Source of the DNA: Mytilus californianus
Taxonomy: Eukaryota
NCBI RefSeq assembly: GCF_021869535.1
Contig: NW_026262690.1
Location: 69,378,001 to 69,442,000, forward strand
DNA length: 64,000 bases
Direction: 5' to 3'
Shown here: positions 61,634 to 64,000 of the stretch, in pieces
Numbering within the stretch: the first letter of the stretch is position 1
Layout of the letters: each line of letters starts with the position of its first letter
Notes under the pieces: generated by a model
Databases searched by the model: none
What the model was told of the DNA's origin: nothing
Seen by the model: only the letters and a program-made list of their open reading frames with translations
Position numbers and translations under genes: made by a program

Positions 61634-62800
61634 TGTTTTATTTCACTTAAAATTCAGCTTTTTATATTGTCAAGGATTTGTTCAAGTACTACAGTTAAAA
61701 GTCTGGGGTTTTGCAAAGAAAAAAGAAAGTCGGAGCCTTTAAAACTGACTTAATTTATTTCTTATTGTAACTTAGTGAAGAGCAATAATATATATATATA
61801 CATCTTCATACAAAAAATCCAGAAACATACAAAGTGCTGTTCTCGACGTTCATCAAATTTTACCCTTTTCATTTGCATATTTATTTATTTTTATTCTGAA
61901 CACATTTTCACCGTAACCTCGCAGTATCATTGTCCATTATAAACCACTAGATTCTTTATAAAACCAAGTATAGAACTTGAAGTTGTTTCATTCGTTTCCC
62001 TGAGAGCTATATTGTTTGAATTTTAATCCATGAAACCGCTGAGAATGCAATACATGACGTCATACATTTGATATTTTATAGTTTCACATGTTTTCCGGCG
62101 TTATATCATATACAATAATAATGATAGGACACTTTTGTAGAATACACAAAAAATTGAAGAAAAAAAAAATCAGACGTTTGTCATTTGCACAATAGTTCGT
62201 AATGTTACTTTTAGCGTTATTGTATTCTTCAGTATTGTTAAGAATATGGCGTGTCTGATTTGTATGTGAATTTTTTAAGAACATTTATAGAATAGAATTG
62301 ATACTGTAAATATTTGAACATTATATCCTCTTAAGGCAAAGTTTCATGATTTTGTTTTGTGATGTGTATAGATATTTATGGACCTTTTGTGTCTGGACGA
62401 TAGAATAACTAATCCAATAATTCAAATATAGAAAATTATTCCATATTGGTACTATTTTAGTAGGTATTTCTACATTAATTAGATTTTGAATAAAACAGCA
62501 TATTCACCTGAGGAAAAGTGATATTCACCGCGCTTAAATCACGTGTTAATTATGGTAAAATGTTTGGCGTACAATGAATACATTTTTTCCCTCGAAATAT
62601 GGAATAAAACAGTCATTGTCTTTTGTTTTGGTAAATATTTGGTTTAATTGAAATTTGAAAAACTGATATTCACTTCGGCCGTTGACCTCAGTAAATATCA
62701 TTTTTTCTTCTTCCAAAAGTCAATAAATAAAGACATTCTGGTATGATCTTATCTTAGCTCCGTCCAATAGTATATAGTTGGTTCTGAATATGCATTGCAA

Positions 62801-63910
62801 TTATTCCGGGTATACTCTATTCAAGTGATAAAACGAACATTTGCATTTTAGCAACATAATTGTTTTTTGTCGGAAGAGTTTGTCATAATATCCGTAAATG
62901 ACAGGATTTATAATGTTGTTTATGACGTTCATTTCACGAATTGCTGCTAACATTGCAAGTTCTCTTTTGCTTTTGTTTATCCAAAAGTTGTTTTTTCCAA
63001 CTGACGCGAACAGTAGTATGAACTGTGGGATATACGACAGGCAAAACGCAATCGCTACCATCATAAACATATAGGAGAAACTGTGAGAAAAACAATTTCC
63101 TTTCAATATTTCTGTCTTTTCCCTGTTCGGATTCTGTTCTGACATGGACGCTCCGTTCTGACTACCAGAAAAAGTTTGAAGATTATGTGTGTTCTCAGTT
63201 GTGCTTGACTGTTCAACACTACCACGAAAATTTGAAGTCATCTTTTTCCTAGCATGCAATTGCTTATAAATTGTACGTCCAATTAAAGTATTTAGAAATA
63301 GTAATCCACTCAATGTAATGAGAACAAAGATAGAAGCAAAGGCCACAAAAATAAAAAAGCCAGGATCTACTCTAGTAATATCAATGTCACAAATGTAACC
63401 CGTTACATTTAGATCAGTATTAAATAACTCCAATTCTTTATTGTAAATATTTAATACCATCGTTGGAAAAAGTGAAATTCCAATGCATAATCCAAGTGCA
63501 ACTCTCTTCCATGTCAATGACATCTGTTGCCCGAACGGATGACATACTTTGAGATATCTGTGAAATGTTATAACTAACAACAGAAGCGCAGATGAAAATG
63601 CCGTTATATTTACTGGAATCCAACATAATTTGCATAACAATGTACCTCGAAAGTTAACAGGGTAGATTTTTCTGGACAACTCGAACGATGATCTAAAGGT
63701 GCAAGCTAGAAGATCTAACAATGCAAGCCATGGAATAAAATACCGATCGTCAACATTTTGTTTCATTTTATATTTATAAACTATTAATACTATGGCATTA
63801 CCAAATATACCAAGTACAATATAGGTTATTAATAAGACATCGTTTACAATATATATCGCTGCTTGCTCATTGTTCCACTTCTCTAATCTTTGTTTTTCCG
63901 TGAGGTTCAT
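62801..63910 (-). CDS. Intronless orphan class A GPCR, 369 aa, paralogue of the + strand receptor
   Basis: TM1 GN, DDRYFIPWLALLD, HRYLKVC, TM7 NPVIY; shares DDRYFIP.LA..DL.AC and RYLKVC.P with 60134-61327. Confidence 0.92.
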   Translation of the reverse strand: MNLTEKQRLEKWNNEQAAIYIVNDVLLITYIVLGIFGNAIVLIVYKYKMKQNVDDRYFIPWLALLDLLACTFRSSFELSRKIYPVNFRGTLLCKLCWIPVNITAFSSALLLLVITFHRYLKVCHPFGQQMSLTWKRVALGLCIGISLFPTMVLNIYNKELELFNTDLNVTGYICDIDITRVDPGFFIFVAFASIFVLITLSGLLFLNTLIGRTIYKQLHARKKMTSNFRGSVEQSSTTENTHNLQTFSGSQNGASMSEQNPNREKTEILKGNCFSHSFSYMFMMVAIAFCLSYIPQFILLFASVGKNNFWINKSKRELAMLAAIREMNVINNIINPVIYGYYDKLFRQKTIMLLKCKCSFYHLNRVYPE

Positions 63911-64000
63911 TTCTGTATGGTCTTTGCAATACAGTATCCGACTGTATATAATCTGGCAAGTTGTTGTAATATAACACTTTGCATAGACAATTATAATGTT

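Overview
AT-rich animal genomic DNA, most likely a mytilid bivalve (Mytilus-like). That assignment is inferred from the repeat repertoire and was not checked by any search. Host genes from left to right: (1) the last two coding exons of an LBR/TM7SF2-type sterol C14-reductase (+); (2) a tandem cluster of five paralogous minus-strand C2H2 zinc-finger genes between 8.6 and 41.9 kb, each with its CDS in one exon, comprising one frameshifted pseudogene, three intact 10-finger genes with a shared acidic N-terminal module, and one gene that has lost its ancestral start; (3) three small exons of CCDC167 (+), which the ORF track misses; (4) two convergent intronless orphan class A GPCRs at the right end. 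The rest is dense mobile and repetitive DNA: at least six Helentron-type non-autonomous (HINE-like) families with internal tandem arrays, one of them nested three levels deep; TIR elements with readable target-site duplications of 4 (TTAA), 5, 6, 7 and 9 bp, including a 31-bp pure-hairpin element and a 3.5-kb element with ~530-bp TIRs; a frameshifted CR1/L2-group LINE; tRNA-derived SINE remnants; fragments of a Penelope/retrozyme-like element carrying degenerate hammerhead ribozyme motifs; and 23-, 31- and 60-bp minisatellites. The most interesting candidate system is the ZNF cluster, which combines an unannotated acidic SUMO/SIM-like N-terminal module, an almost invariant three-finger core and variable flanking fingers. 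No CRISPR array, rRNA gene or intact tRNA gene was seen.
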